NCBI GenBank assembly: GCA_946965045.2
Contig: OX337237.1
Location: 1,922,001 to 1,986,000 of the forward strand
Reading direction: 5' to 3'
DNA length: 64,000 nucleotides
DNA from: Epithemia pelagica
Lineage: Eukaryota; Protista; Bacillariophyta
Shown: piece after piece, positions 37,742 through 49,776 of the stretch
How the letters are laid out: the number at the start of each line of letters is the position of its first letter
How positions within the stretch are numbered: position 1 is the stretch's first letter
Notes under the pieces: model-generated
Told to the model about the DNA's origin: nothing
Database searches by the model: none
Seen by the model: only the letters and a program-made list of their open reading frames with translations
Made by a program: the position numbers and the translations under genes

Positions 37742-38413
37742 ATGAGAAGACTCTTGAGGAGGAATGGCGTTGTTATTAGAAGTAAAACACACGAAGCCCA
37801 AACACATCCCAGTGAGAAGATGGCAGAGGGAAGGGTCTTTGTGGCAAGAATCGTCCCTTCCATCAACCAACCCAACAGACATCAAAGCTTTTTAGCAAAC
37901 ATGGATCAGACACCCATATTCTTTTCCATGACTCCAAATACAACTTTGGAAACAGCTGGAGTGAGGACCGTCAATGTAAGGCCATCCTCTGGGAGCACGA
38001 CGCGACTTACTCTTGCTGTTTTTGTGACTGCTGCAGGTGAAGTCCTGACTCCATACATCAGATACAAGGGAAAGGCCGAAGGTAGGATTGCCAGAGACTT
38101 TCAGAATCCACAAGAAAAGGGCTACCCAGGTAACTGTTATTTTGCTTGCCAAGAGCGAGCATGGATGGATGAAAGGTGTTGCTTGGACTGGGTGACGAAA
38201 TGCCTCAACCCGTGGGCAGACATGGCTCCTCCAGGCGTCCTTCCACTGCTTCTGTTGGATCAGTACAAGTGCCATCTCATGGCATCTGTTGTACAGGCAA
38301 TCCACAACCTTGGAGTGGAAAAAGAGTTCATTCCGGGTGGTTGCACTTCCTTGACACAGCCTGTAGACGTGGGGATCAACAAACCCCTGAAGAATCGTGT
38401 GAGAAGCCATTGA
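37742..38413 (+). pseudogene. Pogo/Tigger (DDE_1) transposase fragment
   Basis: NMDQTP, LLLDQYKCH and QPVDVGINKP form the catalytic triad; no N-terminal HTH or TIRs. Confidence 0.9.
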
Positions 38414-38859
38414 GAGCAAAACAAACCAAGGCTCCAAGTCGTCAAGAACTTGCCCATTGGTGTGTCAAAAGTTTACAAGAGCTCAATGTTGAAATAGTGA
38501 GAAAATTCATGGTGACATGGGGATTTCCCCGTTGCTTCCCATTCCTATCGTTGTCTTGTATCTTGCGCCGTTTATAAGGAGCCTCTCACCATCACCGTCG
38601 GTTTCTTTGTTTGATAGCGTCTGCCGGATGGAGCTGCATCCCGCTACCAACGTGGCCCATCACCGGGCGGCGGCGGACCAGATGCGGCGGATGTCAGTGC
38701 CCTTGTAGCTCGGATGAGTTCGTGCTACATTGCTCATTCCGGCAGACCGGGTTTCGATTCTCCAATGGTACTCTCTGTCGTCCATGTATTACGGCTGGGG
38801 AACCATTAACATCTCGTCGTTTACATCGTGCCGGATTGACCTTTGCAGGCGAGTGTTGA

Positions 38860-39020
38860 GAGGCAAGGGAGCGGTCACGTGAATGGGTGTGCCGTACCAC
38901 CAGGCCTCCCGTTGTTGCTGGAGATCATTCCACCGCCAAAAGATGAGGGACGATCCGTGATCCCAGTCCCACCAGGAGGCCGCCAGAAGCTGAGAAAGCA
39001 TGGAGCGGCCCGCAACACAA
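38860..39020 (-). pseudogene. YR-retrotransposon ORF2 fragment
   Basis: SWWDWDHGSSLIFWRW motif, which I recall upstream of the RT in stramenopile YR elements. Confidence 0.55.
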
Positions 39021-39961
39021 ACCTCCGAGAATTGAGGTGGGGGCGCGACAGCAGTAGAATTTTGATGTTGTTGTCGGTCCACCTGGCGTGACGGCGGGGG
39101 CTTGTCTTGCACAGAATCCTTGGTGCCCGTAACTGCGGAAATGTCCACCTCGCAGAAATGGAAATCCGGATCTGCTTAAAGGATGGTGTTCACATTAAAG
39201 TAGGTTTGGGAGACACAACAGCCACTGACCGCATCCCATTCACACTTCAGGGACCGTTTGACCGCAGAAGGGGTGAAGAACTTGTACAACGCAGGCTCTA
39301 AGAAGGCAGATTCTTCTGGGGAGAGTGGCTGTAGATGGTGGAGGGAGCACTGATTCTGCAAGTAATGCCTGAGTAGTGGCACTCGTAAGTTTGGTGGTAT
39401 GTGCTGTAAGGGTGGCAGCGGCATCCGCATAAGAAACCTTCTTTGAGCCGGGTTTCCGGTTTCTGCGGTTCGAATCGTCCGGACGGTTGGGATGTCGTTC
39501 CCTAAATCCTCTTCCTTGGGGGTCTGGGTTGGGAGTTTCTTGTCCTTGCTTATATCGGAATCAGTGTTGGAATCTGAAGATTGAGGATTCAGAAGATGAC
39601 GAAGACAAAAACCCAAAGAGGTGCATCTACACAACAATTTCTTAGATGGCCATAACATCTACCTGGCTACGCTAGCCGATGTTCGTGCAATCATCGATGT
39701 GCGCATGGGACGACGAACAAACCGAGAGCGAAGTTATGCACATCGGTACAATAGTGATATTTATGTCACATCTATGGTGGCTGAGGATCTATCCACACCA
39801 AGCAACTTGAAGGCACTTGTGTGTATATCATCTCAGTCTTTCTCATCAGCAGAGAAAATCAAGTTTGAACCAGGAGACATATGTTTCTTCCATGGTGATG
39901 TTGTACACTGTGGTCCACCACCAATAAACACAGAGATATCTTTTTTTATATGTAATGCTTG

Positions 39962-40075
39962 ACTTTGTCGCTGGACACAAACAAACATGAAGAATTGTCT
40001 ACATGAAGAGCCATCTCATTACTTTGTCGCTGGACACAAACAAACATAAAGAATTGTCTACATGAAGAGCCATCT
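39962..40075 (+). repeat. ~59-bp-period tandem duplication
   Basis: ACTTTGTCGCTGGACACAAACAAACAT...GAGCCATCT at 39962 and 40021. Confidence 0.95.
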
Positions 40076-40078
40076 ACC

Positions 40079-40670
40079 TTGAGAGGGAAAGTCAATGAGT
40101 TGGAACGGCGTTTCGAGAAGATGACCGTAACACGAGGAACAAAGGACACTTATCCGGGCGTGGACATCGAGTTCAAGGGCGATGGAACCGTGGAGTTACA
40201 GATGAGCCAATACATCGACGAGGCCATCGCCGCGTTTGACGAACCGATCAGGAACACGGCCCCAACACCCGCCAAGAAAGACCTTTTCGATGTAAATCAA
40301 ACAGCCATCAGACTGCCAAAAGAAAAAGCAGACATGTTCCACAGCATCACGGCAAAACTACTATACATGTCCACCCGGGCACGATCGGACATTCAGACGG
40401 CCATCGCCTTCTTGACAACCCGTGTAAGCACGTGTACGGAGTAAGACCGAATCAAGCTCAAACGCGTGCTGGAATACCTACACGGTACAAGAAACTTGTC
40501 GTATGTCCTAGCTGCCGATGACATAAGAAATTTGGTCACCTGGGTTGACGCATCATATGCAATCCATCCAGACATGAAGAGCCACACAGGTGGAGCCATG
40601 TCCTTGGGACGTGGTGAATTGATCACCAAATCGAAGAAACAAAAACTGAACACGAAGAGCAAGTCGATCT
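40079..40670 (+). pseudogene. Copia RT C-terminus/RNase H fragment
   Basis: AKLLYMSTRARSDIQTAIAFLTTRV and WVDASYAIHPDMKSHTG...KQKLNTKS. Confidence 0.9.
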
Positions 40671-41394
40671 TGGTCGAAAGTCTTATCTGTCTATTGAGAA
40701 TCAGATACCTGACATGACCAATTTCATACATCTAGTTTTTAATCCAAGAATTCCTTAAATACTGCCAAGCATGACTCTCAAGTTGATGAAGTTGATGATG
40801 GGTTTGAAGATACACATGTATTGGGGTTCTAGATGGCCTCCACTGTCCGATCCAATGCATCTTGACTCAAGTGTCGATAGAAAAGGAACATACTGGATTG
40901 GGTTCAACACCTTCCAGACATCCCGTGTCTCCTTCGGGAGAATCCTGCCGACCCTATTATCGACAGTTCCCCGCGTCCTTCCGCATTGGAGGCTACTCTC
41001 AACCGGCCGCCTCCTTCCCCTGCCGGCAACCAGCGTTCCAACAATGTTTGCACGGGCCGTCGAAATCCCTGGCTGCCAGGAAAGATCGCTCCCGTTCTAA
41101 GGCCCGACGTTCCACTTCTTCCTCTCCCACCATGGCCCCGCCTGCGTCTCCCACTCGCGTTCCCACCAGTCCTGGCCGTGGAGGTCGAGCGCCCATTGTT
41201 GCTTCCCCTGGTCGTGGTGGTCGTGGAATGCCCAACACTCAGTCTCGTTGCTCGTCTTCTCGCCCACAGTCGTCTTCCCCAGTCGCTCCGCCCCGCCAGT
41301 CCCATACCCCGCCCGACACCGATGATCATCCCCTGGTTGTGGCTCTGGGACAATCGCTTTTTGCTTATTTGTCTTAATTTGTGGTGTTGCCTTG

Positions 41395-41730
41395 TTCGCT
41401 CAGAGTTGGTTCCACATGCTGGGACCCTTACCCACCTTCTGTGGACTCTGATGTTCTTGAAGATTTATGGGAAAGAGCACACAATGTGTGCTCTGGCTGG
41501 TGGCGTCGACCCAAGTACTTACAAAAAGTGGGTCTGGATCTTCATTGATGCCATTTTCCTCTTCGAAGGACAAGTGGTGAGTTTTACATGCTGCAGCTTC
41601 TTTTTGCTTCTCGTGTCTAAGATTCTGTTGCATACTATCTTTTAGATTGTCTGGGAGAACCAATTTAAGCTGGATAGGGGCAATGACTGCCTCATCAGCG
41701 TCGATGGTACGGACTTCAGGGTGGCTGGGA
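41395..41730 (+). pseudogene. PIF/Harbinger-like transposase fragment retaining an intron (41577-41645)
   Basis: HLLWTLMFLKIY...KKWVW...GQV|IVWEN...LISVDGTDF after removing a 69-bp GTGAGT...TTTAG intron. Confidence 0.7.
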
Positions 41731-41749
41731 ATGGACGAAAATTCTGTTT

Positions 41750-42829
41750 TTCCGGTTCGTTGATTGGCCCCATACGTAGACGTAAGAGACATGACGTAGT
41801 CGGGTTCTTTCATTGCAAAGACATGGAAGTCAATATTATTCATCTTCCCTTTCTAGGCGTTGCAATCACCGACATCTTTATCATTGAAGTGGGCTTTGAT
41901 GGTGTCGCCCTTGATGAACTTGGGCCAGTATCTACGCTTCTTGATCAAAGCAGAAGCGTAGACACCTTTCTTCCGTAGTTCAACAATGCCCTTGAGGACA
42001 CAGAACCCACTGTCCAATATAACAACATGCCCTTTCCCAAAGATTGGTGTCAGCACACGCTACAATAAACCGACTGTATTCCTTAGTTGTTGTATGGAAT
42101 CAAGCGACCACGCGGAGCATCCTTCCCCTCCACCAGCTCCATGCCCCATAGAATCCCAGAAATGGAGCAAACCGTGTGGTATTCGTTGCCCAAGGGATGG
42201 GGCTTTCTTGGAACAAACATCCATCCTGGGCAGGTGTACTTACTGATCCATGGACTCATGGACTCGTCCAAGCAACTGACCCAGGATGGTGTGAACTGAA
42301 CAGCCATGTTGCTGTTCCATTCGTCCACCATCTGTCTTACTTCCCAGAACTTGTCTGTGTACGGCAGCGCGTCTTGATTGGTGTAGAAAATTGATTTCAG
42401 AATGTCCTCAAATTGCTTCTTCGACATCAAATCGTTAAGACAAAATGGGGCACCACGAAATCGATTTGTTTCCATGATGGACCAAAAATCCATTCGATCA
42501 GGACCGTTGATTGTTCCCATTAATAGCCAAATTCCAAGCCAACGAAGAAATCCACCGTAGGATAATTCTCTGTGGGCACCATTGTTGATTAGACGCTTGT
42601 TCGTTTCCAGTATGATCACGTCCTTCACGAACGATGTGAAGAAAAAAAGCTCGAAGATCTGTAGAAGAGTCGGCTTGACTTCGGAAGGAAAGGCAAGTCG
42701 AGGCATTAGCTTCTGCCCTCCTGCCATTGCAAGATAGCATGCTCCTGAATGCTCCCACGCCTCAAAGATTCCATCCGTATCTTCACCTGGATTTCTGGTG
42801 TTCCAGTATCCCGAAGCCTCGGGCACCAT
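41750..42829 (-). pseudogene. PiggyBac-like transposase fragment
   Basis: CLDESM...FVPRKPHPLGNEYH, VILDSGFCV and KKRRYWP. Confidence 0.85.
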
Positions 42830-43157
42830 TGTGCTCGCTACCGATAGTCCGTCTTAGACCGCTTGCTGAACCATAGTTGGGACCTTATTTCTCTATGTTG
42901 GTCCCTACTTCAGTCTATGCCACGAATCAAATGCCATGAATCAAATGGGTCGGACGTCATGTACGCGGCCATCAAGACACACATGCCGCTCCCTTGGATA
43001 GCTGGACCCGACGCAATGTATTGATGGATAAACGAGGACGCAGACTCAGGTTCCGAAGACGACAACCACTCCCAGCCCCTGATCCCAACGGAGGACGAAA
43101 CAGAACACACCGACAATGACAGACTGGACTCGCAGCAACCGATGACGAGAAACAACT

Positions 43158-43225
43158 TATCCTGGACTACGTCCAGCAACACAACCCAGCATATCCTGGA
43201 CTACGTCCAGCAACACAACCCAGCA
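43158..43225 (+). repeat. 34-bp tandem duplication
   Basis: TATCCTGGACTACGTCCAGCAACACAACCCAGCA x2. Confidence 0.95.
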
Positions 43226-43559
43226 AGGCTCCCAGAGATCCGACAATACCTGAAGGGATTTGGTTGTTCGCGAACGACAGTGACGCGCAAGACGCGTGGG
43301 AGTTTGCCCAGTCATTGATCGAGACAGGCACTCCCACAGTCGCCGGCTCCCGCACCAGCCATTTGGTGTTCGTGACCCTAATGTCACTACTGGCTCTGAC
43401 GAGTCTGCTGATTCCTCCTGAGGAAGCGTGCCCTGCGCATCTGCTGCTGCAGTGAATAATGATAAAACGCATCTTATTGTTCAAAATGCATTTGTATGCA
43501 CCCAATTTAGTTATTCGAAACGTTTTGCACGTCGTCTATGTGCAATGAACACCGACGAA

Positions 43560-44010
43560 CATGGTGAGACCATTGAGTTGACCTGTGAATTAGACTCACA
43601 TGCAGACTCCATTGTCCAATGTTCCCATTGCGACTGCTGCTACTGTCTGGACCGACAGCGATAACCAGTCGTACTTGCTTGTTATCCACCAAGCATTTTT
43701 CTTTGGGGACCGTATGGGCAGTTCGTTACTCTGTCCGAACCAAATGCGTGCCAATGGTGTTGTGGTCAATGACGTACTGAAACAATTTGGCCCACAAAGT
43801 ACGCATAGCATCCGTGTGCCGGATGCCGACATGGTCATACCACTTACCATGACTGGTGTGATCAGTGGCTTTGCCACTCGTAAACCCACTTCTGACGAGC
43901 TTGAACACTTGCCACGCATAGTGCTAACTGCTGATAGCCCTTGGCAACCTCGTTCGGCCGCCTTTGTCAACGCGGAGGAGAAACTGGGTGTAGCTGCCGC
44001 TACTGCCGTT
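43560..44010 (+). pseudogene. Copia (CoDi) protease-region fragment
   Basis: ELDSHAD followed, after a frameshift, by VPIATAATVW...SLLCPNQMRANGVVV...RKPTSDEL. Confidence 0.75.
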
Positions 44011-45199
44011 CGCAATGGCGAGGTCGGTCGGAGAGGACGTTTTGACAGGGTCAAAGAACATTCCAATAGGCAGCATGTAATTATCCGGAAGCGGATGAGC
44101 AGCCAATAGAAGCCAAGTAAAGGCTGTTACCGACGTCGGGGAACCTTCCACCAGCGGTAGAGTAAGCGTTGGGACGCTTTCGTTCACTTCGTTCAATTTA
44201 GAATTGAGTGTAGTGATTTTAGCTGCAAGAGCAGGGAGAACCGTAGAAGACCCAGAGGGCGCGGTTTCAGAGGTATGCTCCAGAGGAGGATTGTCAGGCC
44301 CAGTGGGTATGGGAAAGGAGGGTGGAATTTGTGTGGAAGACCATCCAAGTCTCGATCGATTATTGCGTCGTGGTTCTTCCGTACCAGGGTTGCTATTTAT
44401 TGCAAACAAATCGCACAAGAGATGATTTTGGATTACTATATTGCTGATTCAGACGACAAATCAACGTCTTCAGAATTCGGTTTTCCTTTGTGCTTGAAAC
44501 CCTATGTTTCTGAACTGTTGAGAACGTTTTCGACGGAGTGTTTGCGTCGTAAATCTCTTATCAATTCAAGACCATCGAATGACACATCATTCCCATACAA
44601 CAATTATACTGATGACGACAATTCCACCAAACAAACCACGAAACAAGCCCATGCAAAGCAAACCAGTCCAAAATCTCGTAGAAGAAAACAACCACAGCAA
44701 CCCAAAAAGTCCCCGCCTTATTCCACCCACTCCTATTCAACGCGATACTGCAACACCATCATTACAAAATTCTTGCAATCTACTTCCCATTCCAAACAAC
44801 AAATCAAATATCCAGACTACCGACATCAACCAGGAGACCCCCCAAAGTTTACAACCCCCGCAAGATGGTCCCTTATCATGCCTCATTCCAAGTAGATACA
44901 AAGTCATCGACTACTACTGGTGAGCCTAATAGTGTTAGTACTAACAATTTGCAGAATTCTGTTTCTCTTGTTGTGCTGGGGAGGCAATTTGCTTTCACAT
45001 TGTCACTGGGGCGGCCGTCTGGTGATGGTGGCTCGGGGTTTGGTGCGGGACGGTGTGTCAATGGTTATGGTTCGTTCCTAACATACCGGCGGGTCAGGGG
45101 ATGCAGCGTTATCTTACAATATGGATTTGCCGCGAGGGGCCGTGCGTCTGGGAAACGATGTCCAGATGGCGGCGTGGATGCTTGGTGTAGTGCCTCTAT

Positions 45200-45640
45200 T
45201 GAACAATCGGCACAAGCAATACAGTCCCTCCCCAACAACCAAACAAAGAGCATCCTGTTCCGTTCCTCTGTCCTGCCCAAAATAGCACACCGCCTTGCCG
45301 CCGACATCATCCTCCACCTCCGAAACCTATCCAACAGCACTGACAACAACATTTTTGTGGGAAAACTACCTCTCCCCTCGACTTGACACAATCACAATCC
45401 ATTTCCTCCAACACCTCGCCAACACACAGCAAATACCCAAACACTCTTTATACCTCGCCCACTTTTCGACAGCATTTCCTAGATGATGTTGACTCATATG
45501 CGTTCTCTTTTGCTTCATCTTCCTTACAGGGCGCCGTTCCTCCTAATTGGATACTACTAGACAACCAGTCGACCGTGGACATAGTAGCCAACACATCCCT
45601 TCTCCGTAGCATTCACGACAGTGAAATCCCTATCACATTT
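45200..45640 (+). pseudogene. CRE-like fragment joined to a Copia protease fragment
   Basis: TKSILFRSSVLPKIAHRLAAD (CRE-like), then PNWILLDNQSTVDIVAN (protease). Confidence 0.55.
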
Positions 45641-45946
45641 ATGGCATGTGGAGTGCCAGACTTGTCATCGGTGAGAGGACGGGCGGGAGAAACCCCCGTT
45701 GGTCTGGTGTCGTTTCCTTTACGACCTGTGGCAAGAACACGTGTTCTTTGACCACATGACGGAGTTGGCAATTGTGGGTGGAGCGGTCGTACCGTGTGAT
45801 GTCGTATAATGCTTCGTCTGCGTACTCGGAGGCAAAGAGGAAAAGACCTTTTCGGAAGGCGGTGAGTCCTTGGTCCTCGCTCTGTTCCCAGTGCTTATAA
45901 TGGCATAACCCCTACACCACAACAAATTCGGTTTGCGTTTCACACA

Positions 45947-46290
45947 ATGGGGTCTGAATCCAAATACTACTATGAGGGGATTAAAGTGGGTGCAGAAGCT
46001 GTTGTGGAATGGTTACGATCAACTCCGGCAACGAGTTACTGTATTTGGGGGGCCCGTCCCCAGAACCTAGTAAATGACAGAGTCCAACGTCAAGCTGGTA
46101 TGGTATTCAGTGAGAACCAATCGGACAATGGCAAACGAGATGTCACAGACATGACAGCATTTTGTGCAGAAGTCCTTGATGAGTATTCAGCAGACATGGA
46201 AACACTGGAGGTCCAAGCAGACCAACATTTCTTTATCGCATGTGCTTGGATCACAAACAAGGAGAAGCGTATGTTCCGAAGATCGAAAGT
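45947..46290 (+). pseudogene. MULE-like transposase fragment
   Basis: FIACAWITNKEKRMF resembles the AW...E...F motif preceding the first catalytic D of MULEs. Confidence 0.45.
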
Positions 46291-46439
46291 GTCAAGCATT
46301 CATTGAGAAGGTGGAGGAGATTCTCAATACACAAATTCTTGACACCCCGATGCAGCCTCGGCGCAAAAACGTGGTAGGCACTATCACCATGGACAACGTA
46401 AAAGTGAGGAAAATCATTTGACATATCGACAAGCTATTT

Positions 46440-47150
46440 GACATTAGGTAGATTCTTACTCTCTTGTAACTTGGGATCGAGGACTTAGCTAGGACAGCCC
46501 CATACACATGCCCGTCGGAGTACAGTACAGTCCATTTTACTGCCAGAAAAGATTTCCATTGGTGAAAGATTGGTGTCTTCGTGGGGGATGTGGTTGTATA
46601 ACCAGGTCGCATATTCCATGGCCATGGGCCAAAGTGATGGAGCGAAAGCACTAGGCCAGCAAAGATGAAAGTGTATCATCATGGCACCATCATGGCACGA
46701 ACCATGTATGTGACTGTTTGGATGGCACGTTCGGCGCCTGCGTTTTCGTGATGTGCCCCAACACCGGAGAGTGTGCTGGATGGTGGTGGGAACGTATTGT
46801 GATTGGCTTGCAACGATGCTTGAAGCGCATCAGATGTAAATACCCCATTGTCCGAATGATACCGTGCAATGCGTCGTCCGGACTGGTGAGCAATGACTTC
46901 AAACTGATTCATGGAGTTGATGGTATCACTCCTGCCCAACGACACCTGAGGATAACAAAAGATAGCCTTTGAACCGTGGTCGAAGAAGATACTACCTCCA
47001 ACAAATCGATGTTCTGGACGTTCACGCCCACCTGTTTGTCAGAGATGACCTCGGACGGTGGATTCAAAGTGATCGATCGATACCATATCTCCTGGTGCTA
47101 GTTTGTGATCAAGTGGAGTCAAATGTCGAGCCTCAGGGTGTGGAGTATCT
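46440..47150 (-). pseudogene. Copia integrase core fragment
   Basis: PGDMVSIDHFES, YHSDNGVF, GAHHENAGAERAI, LWPMAMEYA and VWGCP. Confidence 0.9.
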
Positions 47151-47158
47151 GACTTGAC

Positions 47159-47370
47159 TTGCCCAACACAATTTGGGCAAAACGGTTCCTGGCTGAGCAG
47201 GGATATGACGTGAAGAGTACGTTTGCACAAGACAAGCAAAGTGCAATTCGCCTCGAAAAGAACGGCTTACGCTCCGCAGGAAAACAGCCCCGTGGAACAA
47301 GAAAGCATCGAGATCTTCTATTGTCCCACAGAACAGATGCTTGCTGATTTTTATACCAAGCCGTTAGGGC
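47159..47370 (+). pseudogene. Copia RNase H fragment
   Basis: IWAKRFLAEQGY...QDKQSAIRLEKNG, and EQMLADFYTKPL in the next frame. Confidence 0.8.
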
Positions 47371-48330
47371 TAGGGTTTATCCGAATGATAAATCACAAGT
47401 GATGGCGGATGAGCAGTGGCAGCGGTAGCCGAGACCACCGAGTGCTGGGGTATTGAGGTTGGCAATGAGTAGGGAGTGTAGGTGGACTTGGTGAGAGTGG
47501 GTGAGATGTTGCAAAAATTTGGTTGTGAAAGCGTCGAGTCTGTCGGTAAAAGCGATTGATTTTGTTTATGAGTTTGGTAGGGCCTGGAGAGCTTTGGCGT
47601 TGTGGGAAAGCTTGGTGAGTTTGGTATCAATGAAGGAGGCGATGAAGCCCGTGCTACCAATGGTTTGGCCGAGGAAACGGAGGCCGGTGGTGACTTCTGC
47701 GGTTGTGGGGTCTTCGGGATTGAGGAACGAGAGGGCGTTGAGGAGGTGAGTTTGTTGTGGTGGAGGTAGGTTCGGGTGCGGGCTTGTGCCGTTGGTGGAG
47801 GTTAGGATGCGGCATTTGGATTTGTTTAAATGAATGCCATATTACTGACCGAGTTTGTGGAATGTTTCGAGGAAGGGAAGCAGATCGGAGTGGGGAAGAC
47901 AAACCGACGTATCATTCATGACGCTGCAACTGTGAGCAAGGCCGCCTTTGGTGTCGTCGTATGGGTCGTTGTTGCGTAGTCGTGTGGAGGCGAGCTGTTT
48001 GAGGAGGGTGTTGATTTGCCGGTTGGGGGTGAAGAGAACTAAACAAGCAAAGAGGGGGCGGAGGGGGCACCCCTGGCTGAATCCTTCGTCTTGGTTTATT
48101 GTGGCGTTGTTGCCTTGTTGGTCCTTGTACCAGTTGGTGGTGGTGGTGGTGGCGGCGTAGAGCAGGTCGAAAAGGGGGAGGAGGGGTGTGGTTTCCTCGC
48201 GGGAGGCCAGGATCTCTCGGTAACGGGTGCGAGAGCACGCATTGAACATATTGGTCAAGTCCAATAGTAAGAGGGCGCGGGTTGGGAGTGCGTTGGGTGC
48301 AGTGGTGGTGAGGAACTTGTCGATGTGGGT
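47371..48330 (-). pseudogene. CRE-type RT fragment
   Basis: LDLTNMFNACSR...EGFSQGCPL (RT domains 3-4) followed by the domain 5-7 region. Confidence 0.8.
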
Positions 48331-48740
48331 CTGTGCTCCCCTGCAGTGAGCGCACGATGGGTGCTGGCCCGTTGGCAGTTGGCATAGCATGTCCCACGCA
48401 AGTGATAACTCAAGCAGATGGGAACCGTTGTGTTGGTACCTTGATCCGTCGTGGTAGGTGCATGCTCCCGTAGCTGCGCAATCCTGGTCCCAGAGTTTGT
48501 AAATGCCTCTTGCAGGGCCGCAACAGGGTTGTGGTTTTCCACCCGTTGTCCGGGATCCCGATGGTTGTTGTCCACCCGTGGGTTGTTCCCTCCACCACCA
48601 CTAGGTGGAGCTCCTCTTGAAGGAGGTGCCGGTGTTTCTGGCACCACTCTATATTTGGATGGCATGGGGGCAAACTGGTGAAAGGCTCGGGCGGTTACAA
48701 TCCATTCAAGTTCTTTGAAGCTGGGGACTACCACAGGTCT
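48331..48740 (-). pseudogene. YR-retrotransposon gag fragment with CCCH-like finger
   Basis: ICLSYHLRGTCYANCQRASTH. Confidence 0.6.
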
Positions 48741-48864
48741 CCCTTAGTTGATGGCTTGTAGGTAGGCCAACATCTCCAGCTGGATCTTGCGTAGGATGAG
48801 AGGCAAGATAGGAGTGTGGTCTTCTGAGGACAGGTTGAGGTGTGCTTCCAGTGTTGGCCATGTC

Positions 48865-49480
48865 TCATACGCTGCTATTGCCGACGCGAAGTTTACGGGC
48901 CACGGTCATTTCTCGTATCAACAATATGTTCACCGCCATCAGAAAGCTCATAATACATTGGCTGAACTTGATGAACCCGTTGCCGAAACCAAAAAGGTAA
49001 CCAATTTCCTCAAAAGTATATCGGATCCCTCGTTGGCGGCGGGAAAGACGGTCGTCAACGGAGATGCAGCAAAGCTTTCTGATTTTGAAGCATGCCAGCA
49101 GTATTTTGGCACGTTGATTGCTGCATCCCGTACCGACAAGACCAATGACGAGAATCGAAAGATTGCTGGTGTGGGTACGACTAAGACTAGTGGAAAGAAG
49201 AATGGTTGTAACAAGCAGAATAAAAAGAAGACACGTCATTACAGTTTGGATGAATGGCGCAAGCTCTCTGATGAAGAGAAGGCCGAAATCCTTCGTGCCC
49301 GTAAAGAACAGAAAGACGCTAATGGAAAGCGTAAGGCCGGAGCCGTGCGAACTGAAGATGAAAATGGCTCTCACAAGTTGAGTAAAACTGAAACTCCAAA
49401 GTCTGGTAACACGAAATTGGAGACCACTGACCTGGATGGTGACGACGCGCCGAACCATACTTGTACGGCAGAAATGATGG
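48865..49480 (+). pseudogene. Copia (CoDi) gag fragment
   Basis: FSYQQYVHRH...KKVTNFLKSI...YSLDEWRKLSDEEK. Confidence 0.75.
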
Positions 49481-49559
49481 CATGCATGTCAGATATAAGA
49501 CGCATCTTGGAGAGCTCATTTTTGAGGAAGTTCTGCAAGAAGTTTTGAGTTGATTGTTG

Positions 49560-49776
49560 ATTTTGTCCACCATGGCCACTCCAGCTGCAATGTGTCAGGC
49601 GTTTATTCGCCTTCAGTTCTCCAACCCGGCATCCAGTACCTAGTGGATCGCCAAGGCGAGCCGAAATCACGACGGGCGAGTGGCTTATCAAGCCTTGTTT
49701 GATCACTACCTAGGGCCCAATAATGCTAGGCATAAACGATTCAATTTTGAGAAGTATTGCAAGATTCACGTGAACC
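49560..49776 (+). pseudogene. Copia gag fragments abutting the left end of the Plavaka-like element
   Basis: AYQALFDHYLGPNN and RFNFEKYCKIHVN, with internal deletions. Confidence 0.65.

Larger units (their letters stand above)
9658..49776. other. Mosaic array of short fragments from many TE superfamilies
   Basis: Recognisable TE domains switch family and strand every few hundred bp. No element is complete and I found no paired LTRs or TIRs. Confidence 0.85.

Noticed and set aside
9658-49776. Uniform antisense orientation as in flamenco-type clusters
   Set aside because: The assigned fragments are split roughly evenly between strands, so any small-RNA role would be dual-strand.
9658-49776. 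A conserved delimiter sequence between fragments
   Set aside because: I found no recurring motif at the junctions I could place. A short degenerate signal cannot be excluded without computation.
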